Below, in pieces: positions 37,216 to 46,186 of a DNA stretch of 46,238 bases (its first letter is position 1; every line of letters starts with the position of its first letter). The notes beneath the pieces were generated by a model. That model searched no databases. It was given only the letters and a program-made list of their open reading frames with translations, and had not been told where the DNA came from. The translations under genes were made by a program, and so were the position numbers. Source of the stretch: an uncultured Nocardioides sp. (GTDB lineage Bacteria; Actinomycetota; Actinomycetes; Propionibacteriales; Nocardioidaceae); NCBI GenBank assembly GCA_964514085.1, contig CAZEPK010000002.1, positions 1 to 46,238 on the forward strand, written 5' to 3'.

Positions 37216-38208
37216 GTGCACCTGCCACGCTTGACCGCCGCCCTCCTCGCGGTGGCCGCCCTGGCCCTGCCCGTCGCCGCCACCGCGGCCCCGCACCCCT
37301 CGCCGGCGAAGTCGTTCGTCGGCACGGACGGCAACACCTACCCCTCGGCCCCCCAGGTGGTGACCGGGATCAACGGCGAGCTCTACTACGGGCCCGACTT
37401 CGACATCGCCTGCGGCCTCGGGTCCAGGACCCGCCGGACCATGCACCAGATCGGCGAGCTGGCCCGGGTCATCGAGCGCTCGGGACGGACCGTGGTGTGG
37501 GCCGTGGCGCCCAACAAGTCCGCCGTACGCCCGGAGAACCTGCCCGACCCCCTCCCGCACGGCGACTGCGACGCCCGCGGGCTGGACGACACCGGCCGGG
37601 TCGTGGCGCGGGTCCGCGACCGGAACTTCCTGCCCCTGCGCGACAGGCTGGCCGGCTACCGGCGTGAGACCTACTTCCACACCGACACCCACTGGACGAC
37701 GGTCGGGGGCTCGCTCTTCGCCCGCGCCGTGGCCAAGCGCCTCGACCCGCGCGTGGCCGCCCTGCAGACCTACGAGTACGGCACGGAGCAGCGGCTCGGC
37801 ATCCTCACCTACTTCCAGGGCGGCACCCAGCTCGAGACGGCCGAGACCGCCATGCCCACGACCGACGTGCGCAGCACGACGGCACCCTCCTCGGCGGACC
37901 AGGCGTGGGGCGGCTACCCGCAGGTCACCTACGACTACGCGTGGGACACCCGGCCGGCCAAGCGCACGATCCCGGGCCGCACGGTCATCCTCGGCGACTC
38001 CTTCACCATGTTCGCGCTCGACAACCTGATGCCGCTGTTCCGCCACGGTCGCTTCCTGTGGCGCGGCAACCTCGACGAGAGCGTGGAGTTCCGCGCGGTG
38101 AAGAGGGCCGACACCGTGGTCATCGAGGTGGCGGAGGTCCTCGCGCCGCTGGGCTCGCCGGTCGCGGACCCGGGCTACCGGCGGCGGCTGGAGCAGTTCC
38201 TGCGCTGA
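37216..38208 (+). CDS. Secreted AlgJ/AlgX-like SGNH protein, paralogue 2
   Basis: GTG 6 nt after TACCGT; signal peptide (..AATA); GPDFDIAC, APNKS, PHGDCD, YFHTDTHWTTVGG, ILGDSF. Confidence 0.85.
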   Translation: MHLPRLTAALLAVAALALPVAATAAPHPSPAKSFVGTDGNTYPSAPQVVTGINGELYYGPDFDIACGLGSRTRRTMHQIGELARVIERSGRTVVWAVAPNKSAVRPENLPDPLPHGDCDARGLDDTGRVVARVRDRNFLPLRDRLAGYRRETYFHTDTHWTTVGGSLFARAVAKRLDPRVAALQTYEYGTEQRLGILTYFQGGTQLETAETAMPTTDVRSTTAPSSADQAWGGYPQVTYDYAWDTRPAKRTIPGRTVILGDSFTMFALDNLMPLFRHGRFLWRGNLDESVEFRAVKRADTVVIEVAEVLAPLGSPVADPGYRRRLEQFLR

Positions 38209-38221
38209 GCCGCGGCTTGGC

Positions 38222-39223
38222 TCAGCCGCGGAGCTCCCGCGCCACCGCGCGGCGGAACGCCGGCGTGAGGATCGAGGAGGTCGGCAGGAACAGCTGCAGC
38301 ACCTCGAGCACGACCGTGTCGGAGTCCTTGATCGCCTTCGGCACGTCGGTGCCGGAGTGGTCGATCCACACGAAGTGCCCGTGCCGGAAGACCGGGCGCA
38401 GGCTCTCCAGGGCGTACCACATGAAGGAGTCGCCGAGCAGCAGCGTGCGACCGGGCCAGGTCCGGGCCGCGGGCGCGGAGTCCCAGGCGTGGTCGAAGGT
38501 GAACTCCGGGTAGCCGCCCCAGTCCGCGGCGCCCTTGGCCGTGCGGACCTTGACCCGGCCGGCCGGGGTGGCGGTCTGCAGGGTCTCGGGCGCGTCGACG
38601 CCCTGGGCGAGGTTCAGGGCGCCCGTGCGCGACTCCTCGCCGTAGGTGTAGCGCTGTTGGCGGCCCAGCCGCGGCGAGAGGTGCGTAGCCAGGGTCTTGG
38701 CCAGGACGGAGCCGCCGACGGTGGTCCAGTGCTGGTCGGTGCGCCAGTAGACCTGGTGCGGGCTGCGGCGCAGCGGTGCGACCAGGGGCAGGAAGTCCGG
38801 GTCGGAGAAGTGCTGGAGCAGGCGGTCCTGCGCGGCCAGCCCCTGCTGGTCGCAGGCGCCGTGCGGAGGCTGGCTCGGCAGGTCGCCGGCGAGGACCGCC
38901 GTCTTGTTGGGCGCCAGCGTGAACACCACCCGGCGCCCGGACCGGCGGATGATCCGGGCCAGGTCGGCGTACGCGGCCAGCGAGCGCTTCATGGCCGGGC
39001 CCAGGTAGCAGGCGAAGTCGAAGTCGTTGCCCAGGAACAGGTAGTCGTCCTCGCCGGCCACGACGGGCGGGGCGAAGGAGTAGAGGAGCCCGTCGGCACC
39101 GGTGAAGGTGGTGGGCGGCTGCTGCACCTCGGCCGCGCCGGGACCGGGCACGGCCAAGGACAGGGCGAGGGCCGCCAGCGTCACGAGGGCGGAGGCCAGG
39201 GCGAGAGGACGGGGGAGGGGCAC
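38222..39223 (-). CDS. Secreted AlgJ/AlgX-like SGNH protein, paralogue 3
   Basis: Signal peptide; GNDFDFAC, APNKT, PHGACD, YWRTDQHWTTVGG, LLGDSF. Confidence 0.85.
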   Translation of the reverse strand: MPLPRPLALASALVTLAALALSLAVPGPGAAEVQQPPTTFTGADGLLYSFAPPVVAGEDDYLFLGNDFDFACYLGPAMKRSLAAYADLARIIRRSGRRVVFTLAPNKTAVLAGDLPSQPPHGACDQQGLAAQDRLLQHFSDPDFLPLVAPLRRSPHQVYWRTDQHWTTVGGSVLAKTLATHLSPRLGRQQRYTYGEESRTGALNLAQGVDAPETLQTATPAGRVKVRTAKGAADWGGYPEFTFDHAWDSAPAARTWPGRTLLLGDSFMWYALESLRPVFRHGHFVWIDHSGTDVPKAIKDSDTVVLEVLQLFLPTSSILTPAFRRAVARELRG

Positions 39224-39253
39224 GGCGGGACCTTCAGGGGGAGGGAAGGTGCG

Positions 39254-40309
39254 TCAGAGCAGGATGCGGCGGAGCTCCTTGCGCAGGGACTTCTGGGCGA
39301 TGATCGTGCCGGGCACGAAGATCTGGAGGACTTCGATCACGACGGTGTCGGAGTCCTTGATGGCCTTCGCCACGTCGTGGTCCGAGTGTCCCAGCCACAT
39401 CCACCTCCCGTGGTGGAACAGCGGACGAAGGCTCTGCAGGCCGTACATCATGAACGAGTCGCCGAGCAGCAGCGTCTGCCCCGGCCACGTCTTCTTGGCC
39501 GGCGCGGAGTTCCAGCAGGTCTCGTAGATGAGCGTCGGGTAGCCGGCCCACTCGGCGCACCCGGGCGCGGTCTTGACCTTCACGCCGTTGTCGGGCAGCG
39601 CGGTCTCGATCGTCTCCGTGGTCTGGTCGCCCAGGTCGGCGTTCAGCATCCCGAGCCCGGTGTCGGTCCCGTAGGCGTAGTGCTGGCGCTTGGCCAGCTT
39701 CTTGCTCAGCCGGCGAGCCACCTGCTGGGCGAAAACCGTCCCGCCGACCGAGGTCCAGTGCGGGTCGGTCTTCCAGTAGGTCTGGTGGCGGCTGCGGGCC
39801 AGGGCGGCGCGCAGCGGCAGGTAGTTGCGGTCGGGGAAGGTGTCGAGCACCTTGGTCTGCGCCGCGATGCCGCGGGTGTCGCAGGCGCCGTGCGGCAGCT
39901 GCGCCGGGTCCAGCTCGCCGGGGAGCACCGTGCTCTTGTTGGGGGCCGCGGTGAAGATGGCGCGGCGTCCTGACTTCTCGATGATGGCGGCGACCTTGGC
40001 CAGGGTCCGCAGCGCCCGGACGTAGCGCGGGCCGAGGCCGCAGGCGCTGTCGAAGTCCGGGCCGAGGAAGAGCTGGCCGTCCAGGCCGTGCACCACGAAC
40101 GGCGAGGACTCGTAGTCGAGCCCGTCGAAGCCGGTGATCTTGCCCGGGGTGCCGAGGCTCCGCGCGTTGACGCGGCCCAGGTCGGGCATCGCCCTGCTGC
40201 TGCTGCTGCCGTCGGCGTGCGGGGCACCACCGCGGGCCGCGTCGGCGGCGGCCCAGGGCAGCAGCATCGCTGCGACCAGGGCGGCCAGGAGGAGTCGTCG
40301 GGCGTTCAC
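39254..40309 (-). CDS. Secreted AlgJ/AlgX-like SGNH protein, paralogue 4
   Basis: Signal peptide (ARRLL..ADA); GPDFDSAC, APNKS, PHGACD, YWKTDPHWTSVGG, LLGDSF. Confidence 0.85.
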   Translation of the reverse strand: MNARRLLLAALVAAMLLPWAAADAARGGAPHADGSSSSRAMPDLGRVNARSLGTPGKITGFDGLDYESSPFVVHGLDGQLFLGPDFDSACGLGPRYVRALRTLAKVAAIIEKSGRRAIFTAAPNKSTVLPGELDPAQLPHGACDTRGIAAQTKVLDTFPDRNYLPLRAALARSRHQTYWKTDPHWTSVGGTVFAQQVARRLSKKLAKRQHYAYGTDTGLGMLNADLGDQTTETIETALPDNGVKVKTAPGCAEWAGYPTLIYETCWNSAPAKKTWPGQTLLLGDSFMMYGLQSLRPLFHHGRWMWLGHSDHDVAKAIKDSDTVVIEVLQIFVPGTIIAQKSLRKELRRILL

Positions 40310-40391
40310 GCGCTGCTTTCCGGCTGAGGGACGCAGGACAGGGTACGCGAGCCCGCGCGGCGTCGCGGTGGCGCCGCGGGGTGCCCACGGC

Positions 40392-41399
40392 TCAGCGCAG
40401 CGCCTTCCGCAGCGCGCTCAGGAACGAGCGGCTCGCCAGCGGCGTGAAGAGCGCGAAGTCCTGGTAGGTCTCCATGACGACCGTGTCGGACCTGGTGATC
40501 GCACGGATCATGTCGTCCGGGGTGGTCTTGAACATCCACAGCCAGTGGCCGTGCCGGAACAGCGGGCGCAGGTTCTCCAGGGCGAACATCATGAAGGAGT
40601 CGCCGAGCAGGAGCGTCCGGCCGGGGTAGGTCCGGCCGGCGGGTCGCGTGGTCCAGCTGTGGTCGAAGGTCAGGGCCGGGTAACCGCTCCACGGCTCGCT
40701 GCCCCGGGCCGTGCGGACCGCCACCCGTGTCGCCGGCGACGCGGTCGGCGACACCTCGGCGGTGCCGTCCCCGATCAGCTCGGTCAGGCTGCCCACGCGC
40801 GTCTCGGTGCCGTAGCGGTAGTGCTGCAGCCGGCCCAGCCGGGGGTCGAGCCGGGTGGCCAGCGCCTTGGCGTAGACGGCGGCGCCCACGGTGTTCCAGT
40901 GCGCATCGGTCCTGAAGTACACCTGCCGCCGGCTGGCCGCCAGGGGCGCCACGAGGTCGAGGTAGCCCGGGTCGGCGTACGCCGCGACGGCCTTGCGCTG
41001 CCGGGCGAAGCCCACCCGGTCGCACTCCCCGTGCGGCAGGGTGGCGGGGTCGAGCAGCTCGGGCAGCACCGTGGACTTGTTGAGTCCCATCGTCCACACC
41101 ACCTCGCGGCCGGAGGCCCGGATGATCCGGGCGAACCTGGCCAGCCGCTCCATCACCACCACGAACCGGCTCCCGTAGGCGCAGGCCACGTCGTAGTCCG
41201 GGCCGTAGAACAGGTGGCCGTCCACGCCGCGGACCACGGTGGGTGCGGACGGGTAGACGACCCCGTCGGCGCCGGTGAAGTGCCCCGGCGGCAGCGGGTC
41301 GTCGGCTCGGGCCACCCCGGCGGCCGACGTGGTGAGGGCGAGGGTGAGCACGAGGGCGAGGAGCGCGGCCGGGACGGCGGGCAGGGGGCGCGAGGTCAC
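40392..41399 (-). CDS. Secreted AlgJ/AlgX-like SGNH protein, paralogue 5
   Basis: GTG 41399; signal peptide (..ARA); GPDYDVAC, GLNKS, PHGECD, YFRTDAHWNTVGA, LLGDSF. Confidence 0.85.
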   Translation of the reverse strand: MTSRPLPAVPAALLALVLTLALTTSAAGVARADDPLPPGHFTGADGVVYPSAPTVVRGVDGHLFYGPDYDVACAYGSRFVVVMERLARFARIIRASGREVVWTMGLNKSTVLPELLDPATLPHGECDRVGFARQRKAVAAYADPGYLDLVAPLAASRRQVYFRTDAHWNTVGAAVYAKALATRLDPRLGRLQHYRYGTETRVGSLTELIGDGTAEVSPTASPATRVAVRTARGSEPWSGYPALTFDHSWTTRPAGRTYPGRTLLLGDSFMMFALENLRPLFRHGHWLWMFKTTPDDMIRAITRSDTVVMETYQDFALFTPLASRSFLSALRKALR

Positions 41400-41479
41400 A
41401 CGACAGCCTTGGGGGAGAGACAGCGAGGGTGGGCGCCACGCTACCTGCCGCGCGCCCGCCCGCAGGGCGTCCGGTGACC

Positions 41480-42349
41480 TCAGTCCGGGAGGCGGAAGCC
41501 GGCCGGACCGGCCTGCGCCAGCAGCCCGTCGGCGACGAGGGCGGTCAGGCAGCGCTCCCGCTGGACGGTCTCGGGCCAGGCGCGCGCCATGGCCGTGGCC
41601 GGCACCACGCCCGACGCCTCGCGGGCCAGGGCCAGCAGCCGCCCGCGGCACTGGCGGTCGGTCCCGGCCCAGGCCTGCGCGCGCCGGGGCGGTCCGTCGT
41701 ACGCCGGGGAGCCGGCGCTCCGCCAGGCGCACCGGTCCGCCACCGGGCAGTCCCCGCAGCGTGGGCCGGCCGCCGTGCAGACCAGGGCACCCAGCTCCAT
41801 GACCGCCACCGCCCAGGTCGCGGCCCTCTGCTCGTCGTCGGGCAGCACCGACGTGGCCAGCTCGCGCTCGGCCCGGGTCACCGACGGGCCGGGGTGCTCG
41901 ACGCCCTGCAGCACGCGGGCGAAGACCCGGCGCACGTTGGTGTCGAGCACCACGTGACGCCGGCCGAAGGCGAAGGACGCCACCGCGGCGGCGGTGTAGT
42001 CGCCCACGCCCGGCAGGGTCAGCAGCTCGTCGTAGGTCTCGGGCACCTCGCCGGCGTAGCGGTCGACGATGGCGGTGGCGGCCGCGTGCAGCCGGAGGGC
42101 GCGGCGCGGGTACCCGAGCCGGCCCCAGGCCCGGACCGCCTCGCCCGAGGGCTCGGCGGCGAGGTCGGCCGGGGTGGGCCACCGCTCGAGCCAGGCGGCG
42201 TGCACGGGCAGCACCCGGGCCACGGGCGTCTGCTGGAGCATCAGCTCGGAGACCAGCACCGACCAGGGGGAGGCCTCCGGGCGCCGCCACGGGAGGTCGC
42301 GGGCGTGCGCGGCGTACCAGTCCAGGACCGGCTCGTGCAGCTCGCTCAT
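41480..42349 (-). CDS. mutY: A/G-specific adenine glycosylase (short actinobacterial type)
   Basis: RDLPWR, SELMLQQT, W.RLGYPRRA, HhH LPGVGDYTA, DTNVRRV, Fe-S C-x6-C-x2-C-x5-C. Confidence 0.96.
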   Translation of the reverse strand: MSELHEPVLDWYAAHARDLPWRRPEASPWSVLVSELMLQQTPVARVLPVHAAWLERWPTPADLAAEPSGEAVRAWGRLGYPRRALRLHAAATAIVDRYAGEVPETYDELLTLPGVGDYTAAAVASFAFGRRHVVLDTNVRRVFARVLQGVEHPGPSVTRAERELATSVLPDDEQRAATWAVAVMELGALVCTAAGPRCGDCPVADRCAWRSAGSPAYDGPPRRAQAWAGTDRQCRGRLLALAREASGVVPATAMARAWPETVQRERCLTALVADGLLAQAGPAGFRLPD

Positions 42350-42446
42350 CGCACGGTCACGGTATCCGGCGCTCTGGACGGGTTGTGCGGGCTGCCCTCG
42401 GCGTGGGTGCGCCGCCACGGGCCCTCGACGTCCTACCGTGCGGGAC

Positions 42447-43241
42447 ATGGCTGCGAGCACGCGCGGCCCCCTGCCTCCGGGGGTCTACTGGCGCCGTCGG
42501 CTCGCGGTGCTCAGCGTGGCGCTGCTGGTCTTCGTCGGTGTCGGCAAGGTGCTGAGCCTGAGCAGCGACGGCTCCTCCGACGACAAGGCCGAGCAGGCCG
42601 GCGCGTCGTCCTTGACCAGCCCGACCGCCACGGTGCCCGCCCCCGAGCCGACCCGGAAGGGCGGCAAGGGCAAGGGGAAGGGCGGCAAGGGCGGCAAGGG
42701 CGGCCAGGCCGCGGTGACGCCCACCCCGACCCCGACCCCCACGCCGGTGCTGCCGGACCCGACCGGGCCGTGCGCGGACGACGACGTCTTCCTCACCCCG
42801 ACCATCGCGGCGCCGATCGGCGGCGCGGACATCACGATCATGCTCAACCTGCAGACCAAGGTCGCCACGGCCTGCACCTGGCACGTCTCGCCCGAGACCG
42901 TGACGATGAACATCGTCTCGGGCCACGACAAGATCTGGCTGAGCAACCAGTGCCCCGACGCCATTCCGGTGCAGGACGTCATCGTGCGCCTGGCCTCGGT
43001 CACCCAGGTCCCGGTGGTCTGGAGCTCGCGGCGCTCCGACGACGGCTGCTCCGACCGGACCGCCTGGGCGCTGCCCGGCTCCTACCACGCCATCGCGGCG
43101 GCGCGCGGCGGCGAGGAGGTCGACGTCCAGTTCGAGCTGGTGGCACCCGCGCCGATCACCGTCACGCAGACGGCGAACCCGCAGACCGAGGACGCCAAGG
43201 GCGGCAGCGGCAGCGGCGGCGACGGCGGCGGGCAGGGCTGA
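42447..43241 (+). CDS. Conserved actinobacterial membrane-anchored protein (Rv3587c-like)
   Basis: RGPLPPGVYWRRR N-terminus, one TM, P/T-rich linker, Cys-containing Ig-like domain; usual position between mutY and disA; TACCGT -10 just upstream. Confidence 0.8.
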   Translation: MAASTRGPLPPGVYWRRRLAVLSVALLVFVGVGKVLSLSSDGSSDDKAEQAGASSLTSPTATVPAPEPTRKGGKGKGKGGKGGKGGQAAVTPTPTPTPTPVLPDPTGPCADDDVFLTPTIAAPIGGADITIMLNLQTKVATACTWHVSPETVTMNIVSGHDKIWLSNQCPDAIPVQDVIVRLASVTQVPVVWSSRRSDDGCSDRTAWALPGSYHAIAAARGGEEVDVQFELVAPAPITVTQTANPQTEDAKGGSGSGGDGGGQG

Positions 43242-43252
43242 GCGCCCGGTCC

Positions 43253-44260
43253 TCAGGACCTGAGGGCGGCCCGGACCTGGGCCTGGAACTCGGCGCTGAC
43301 CAGCGGCGTGATCGGCGCGAAGCGCTGCACCACGCTCAGCACCACGGTGTCGGCGTCCTTGATGGCGGCGACCACGGCGTCGTCGGACTCCGTGCCGGTC
43401 CAGATGAACCGGCCCTTGCGGAACAGGTTGCTCATCGCCTCGAAGGAGACGTAGGTGAAGGAGTCCCCGAGCAGCAGGGTCTGGCCGGGGTAGGTCTTGG
43501 CCCGCGGCTTCGAGGCCCAGGACAGGTCGGTGTAGACCGTCGTGAGGCTCGGGTCGTACGCCGGGCTGCCGGCCACCGGGCGGGTGACCACGCCGTTGTC
43601 GGGGACCCGGGCCGGTGCGGTCTCGACCCCTTCGCCCGGCACGTAGTAGGACAGGTCGCCCCGGTGCGTGCGCTCGGTGGGCAGGTACCGCTGGAGGGCG
43701 GCGATCCTGGGCGAGAGCTGGGCCGCCACCTGCTGGGCCACGACGGAGGTGCCGACCGTGCTCCAGTGGGAGTCGGTGCGCCAGTAGGCGTGGCGCTGCT
43801 TGCTCAGCACCTTGCGCAGCGGCACGTAGTGGGCGTCGCGGTAGGTGTCGAGCAGCTTCCGCTGCAGCGACATCCCGCGCTGGGCACAGGCGCCCTGCGG
43901 GACCGGCGCCGGCAGCTGGCGCTGGTCGACCGTCGACTTGTTGGGGGCGATCGTCCACACGACCTTGCGGCCGGACCGGGCGATGATCTTCGCCAGCCGG
44001 GCCATGCCCTTCATCGCGGTGCCGAGCTCGGAGCCGAAGGCGCAGGCGGTGTCGAAGTCCGAGCCGATGTAGAAGTAGCCGTCCCGCCCCGGGATCACCA
44101 CCTGGCTGGTCTGGTGGATCAGCCCGTCGATGCCGTTGAACGGCTCGCCGGGCAGACCGCTGACGCCGGTGACGTCGGCCTGGGCGGTGCCGGCCAGGGC
44201 GAGGGAGAGCGTGAGGAGGGCCGCCAGGGCGCAGGCCCGGGCGCGACGAACAGACAGCAT
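43253..44260 (-). CDS. Secreted AlgJ/AlgX-like SGNH protein, paralogue 6
   Basis: Signal peptide (..AQA); GSDFDTAC, APNKS, PQGAC, YWRTDSHWSTVGT, RGDL, LLGDSF, VVQRF. Confidence 0.85.
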   Translation of the reverse strand: MLSVRRARACALAALLTLSLALAGTAQADVTGVSGLPGEPFNGIDGLIHQTSQVVIPGRDGYFYIGSDFDTACAFGSELGTAMKGMARLAKIIARSGRKVVWTIAPNKSTVDQRQLPAPVPQGACAQRGMSLQRKLLDTYRDAHYVPLRKVLSKQRHAYWRTDSHWSTVGTSVVAQQVAAQLSPRIAALQRYLPTERTHRGDLSYYVPGEGVETAPARVPDNGVVTRPVAGSPAYDPSLTTVYTDLSWASKPRAKTYPGQTLLLGDSFTYVSFEAMSNLFRKGRFIWTGTESDDAVVAAIKDADTVVLSVVQRFAPITPLVSAEFQAQVRAALRS

Positions 44261-44288
44261 GGGGGAGTGGAGCCTTCGTATCGGGGGG

Positions 44289-44320
44289 GAGGCCTCACCG
44301 TACCTCGGGGTGGAGGCCTC
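44289..44320 (-). terminator. Hairpin at the disA stop
   Basis: gaggcctcacc ... ggtggaggcctc. Confidence 0.5.
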
Positions 44321-45398
44321 AGACGTAGCGTTCGAGGATCGTCGACTCCGCGAGCCGGGACAGCCCCTCGCGCACGCTCCGGGCCCGCAGCTCGCCCACG
44401 CCCTCGACGACCTGGAGGTCCTCGATGCCGGCCGACAGCAGCTTCTGGAGGGTGCCGAAGTGGTCCACCAGCCGGTCCACCACTGCCGGTGGCAGCCGCG
44501 GCACCTTGGCCAGCAGCCGGTAGCCGCGCGGCGCCACCGCGCCGTCGAGGTGCTCGACGCTGCCCAGCCCTAGCACCCGGGCCGCCGAGGCGGGGTCGAC
44601 CAGCTCGGTGGCGCTGAGCGTCTCGAGCCGCTGCAGCAGGACCTCCGGCTGCTTGCCGCGCCGCCCGCCGGGGACGTAGTCGCGGATCACCAGCTCGCGC
44701 TCGGTGTCGACACCGGTGACGAGCTCCTCCAGCTGGAGGGACAGCAGCCGGCCGTCGGTGCCGAGCTCGAGGACGTAGTCCTCGATCTCTCGGGCGATGC
44801 GGGTGACCATCTCCAGACGCTGGGCCACCACCGCGACGTCGCGGACGGTGACGAGGTCCTCGATCTCCAGGGCGGACAGCGTGCTCGACACCTCGTCGAG
44901 GCGCAGCTTGTAGCGCTCGAGCGTGGCCAGGGCCTGGTTGGCCCGGGAGAGGATCTGGCCGCCGTCCTCGAGCACGTGGCGGGTCTCGCCGACGTACGCC
45001 GCGATGATCTGCATCGACTGCGACACCGAGATCACCGGGAAGCCGGTCTGCTTGGCCACGCGGTCGGCGGTGCGGTGGCGGGTGCCGGTCTCCTCTGACG
45101 GGATTGTGTGGTCGGGCATCAGGTGGACGGCGGCCTTGAGGATCCGCGAGACGTCGCGGTCGACGATGATCGCGCCGTCCATCTTGGCCAGCTCGCGCAG
45201 CCCCGTGGCGGTGAACGGCACGTCGAGGTCGAAGCCGCCGGTCGCGATGGAGTCGACGATCCGGTCGTTGCCCAGCACGATGAGCGCGCCGGTGCGGCCG
45301 CGCAGGATCCGCTCCAGCCCGTCGCGCAGCGACGTGCCCGGAGCGATGGCCTGGAGGGTCGCCCGCAGGCGGAGGGTCTCCTCCGGTCGCTCTGCCAT
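44319..45398 (-). CDS. disA: DNA integrity scanning diadenylate cyclase DisA
   Basis: APGT.LRDGLERI, ELAKMDGA, GTRHR, RANQALATLERY, C-terminal HhH VEGVGE. Confidence 0.98.
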   Translation of the reverse strand: MAERPEETLRLRATLQAIAPGTSLRDGLERILRGRTGALIVLGNDRIVDSIATGGFDLDVPFTATGLRELAKMDGAIIVDRDVSRILKAAVHLMPDHTIPSEETGTRHRTADRVAKQTGFPVISVSQSMQIIAAYVGETRHVLEDGGQILSRANQALATLERYKLRLDEVSSTLSALEIEDLVTVRDVAVVAQRLEMVTRIAREIEDYVLELGTDGRLLSLQLEELVTGVDTERELVIRDYVPGGRRGKQPEVLLQRLETLSATELVDPASAARVLGLGSVEHLDGAVAPRGYRLLAKVPRLPPAVVDRLVDHFGTLQKLLSAGIEDLQVVEGVGELRARSVREGLSRLAESTILERYV

Positions 45399-45489
45399 CC
45401 GGTGGCCCCCTCTCGGACTCCTCGCAGGTCGGCGTCAGCCTAACCGGGATCGCCCACCTACCGCCGGAGCCGCCGTTAGGCTTGCGCGC

Positions 45490-45852
45490 GTGACCACCTT
45501 CGAGAACCGCCCCTGGGGGTCCTGGCACATCCTGGACGAGGCGGACGGCTACAAGGTCAAGCGGATCGTGGTCACTCCTGGCTCACGGCTCTCGCTGCAG
45601 AAGCACGAGCACCGCGCCGAGCACTGGTTCGTGGTGGAGGGGACGGCGACCTGCACGGTCGGCGACGACGACGCCGTCGTCCTGCGCCCCGGCGACGCGG
45701 TCGACATCGCGATCGGCCAGGCCCACCGCATCGGCAACCTCGGCGACGAGACCCTGGTGATCATCGAGGTCCAGCGCGGCTCCTACACCGGCGAGGACGA
45801 CATCATCCGTCTCCAGGACGACTACGGACGGACCGAGCAGCCCATCAGCTGA
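45490..45852 (+). CDS. Stand-alone cupin, phosphomannose isomerase type II C-terminal domain-like
   Basis: RPWG, KVKRI.V.PG.RLSLQKH.HRAEHW, HRI.N, IEVQ.GSY.GEDDIIR..DDYGR; TAGGCT -10 at 45477 (leaderless). Confidence 0.9.
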   Translation: MTTFENRPWGSWHILDEADGYKVKRIVVTPGSRLSLQKHEHRAEHWFVVEGTATCTVGDDDAVVLRPGDAVDIAIGQAHRIGNLGDETLVIIEVQRGSYTGEDDIIRLQDDYGRTEQPIS

Positions 45853-45868
45853 AGCTTTGGTTGGGGTT

Positions 45869-45941
45869 TGCGTCCCTGCGCTCGTGGCGCCGTGGGTGGG
45901 CTGGGTTGGTTGGGTGGGGTGTGCGTCCCTGCGCTCGTGGC
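45869..45941. repeat. Two 20-bp direct repeats, 53-bp period, with G/T-rich spacer
   Basis: tgcgtccctgcgctcgtggc at 45869-45888 and 45922-45941. Confidence 0.85.
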
Positions 45942-45953
45942 ACCGGGCGTGGT

Positions 45954-46092
45954 CCGGTGGGTGGGGCCGCCCCGACGGACGAGCCACCCCGGCGCTGGTC
46001 GCTCGCTGCGCTCGCTCGTCGCTCGCTGGCGCTCGCTCGGCGCCGGGGGGCCAGACCCATCCACCGTCCGTCGGGGCGGCCCCACCCACCGG
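45954..46092. repeat. Element with perfect 28-bp terminal inverted repeat and GCTC-rich core
   Basis: ccggtgggtggggccgccccgacggacg ... cgtccgtcggggcggccccacccaccgg; inner ccccggcgc/gcgccgggg. Confidence 0.85.
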
Positions 46093-46134
46093 CCCACGCG
46101 CATCACCCTCGCTCCGTCCTCGCCGGTGGGGTGG

Positions 46135-46178
46135 GGCGTCTGCGCTCGTCAGCGCTGCGCGCTGACTCGCTCGACGCC
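46135..46178. repeat. REP-like hairpin with a minus-strand GCA triloop
   Basis: ggcgtc-tgcgctc-gtcagcgc-tgc-gcgctgac-tcgctc-gacgcc. Confidence 0.75.
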
Positions 46179-46186
46179 GCTCACGA

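Noticed and set aside
41480-42349. MutY lacking the C-terminal NUDIX-like domain as a truncation
   Set aside because: Short MutY is normal in actinobacteria and the catalytic and Fe-S motifs are intact
36028-44260. Paralogue array as an invertible or phase-variable cassette system or integron
   Set aside because: No recombinase, no shared flanking recombination sites and no long identical tracts noticed between copies
45869-45941. Direct repeats with a 33-bp spacer as a mini-CRISPR
   Set aside because: Only two 20-bp copies, low-complexity G/T spacer, no cas genes or leader in the window
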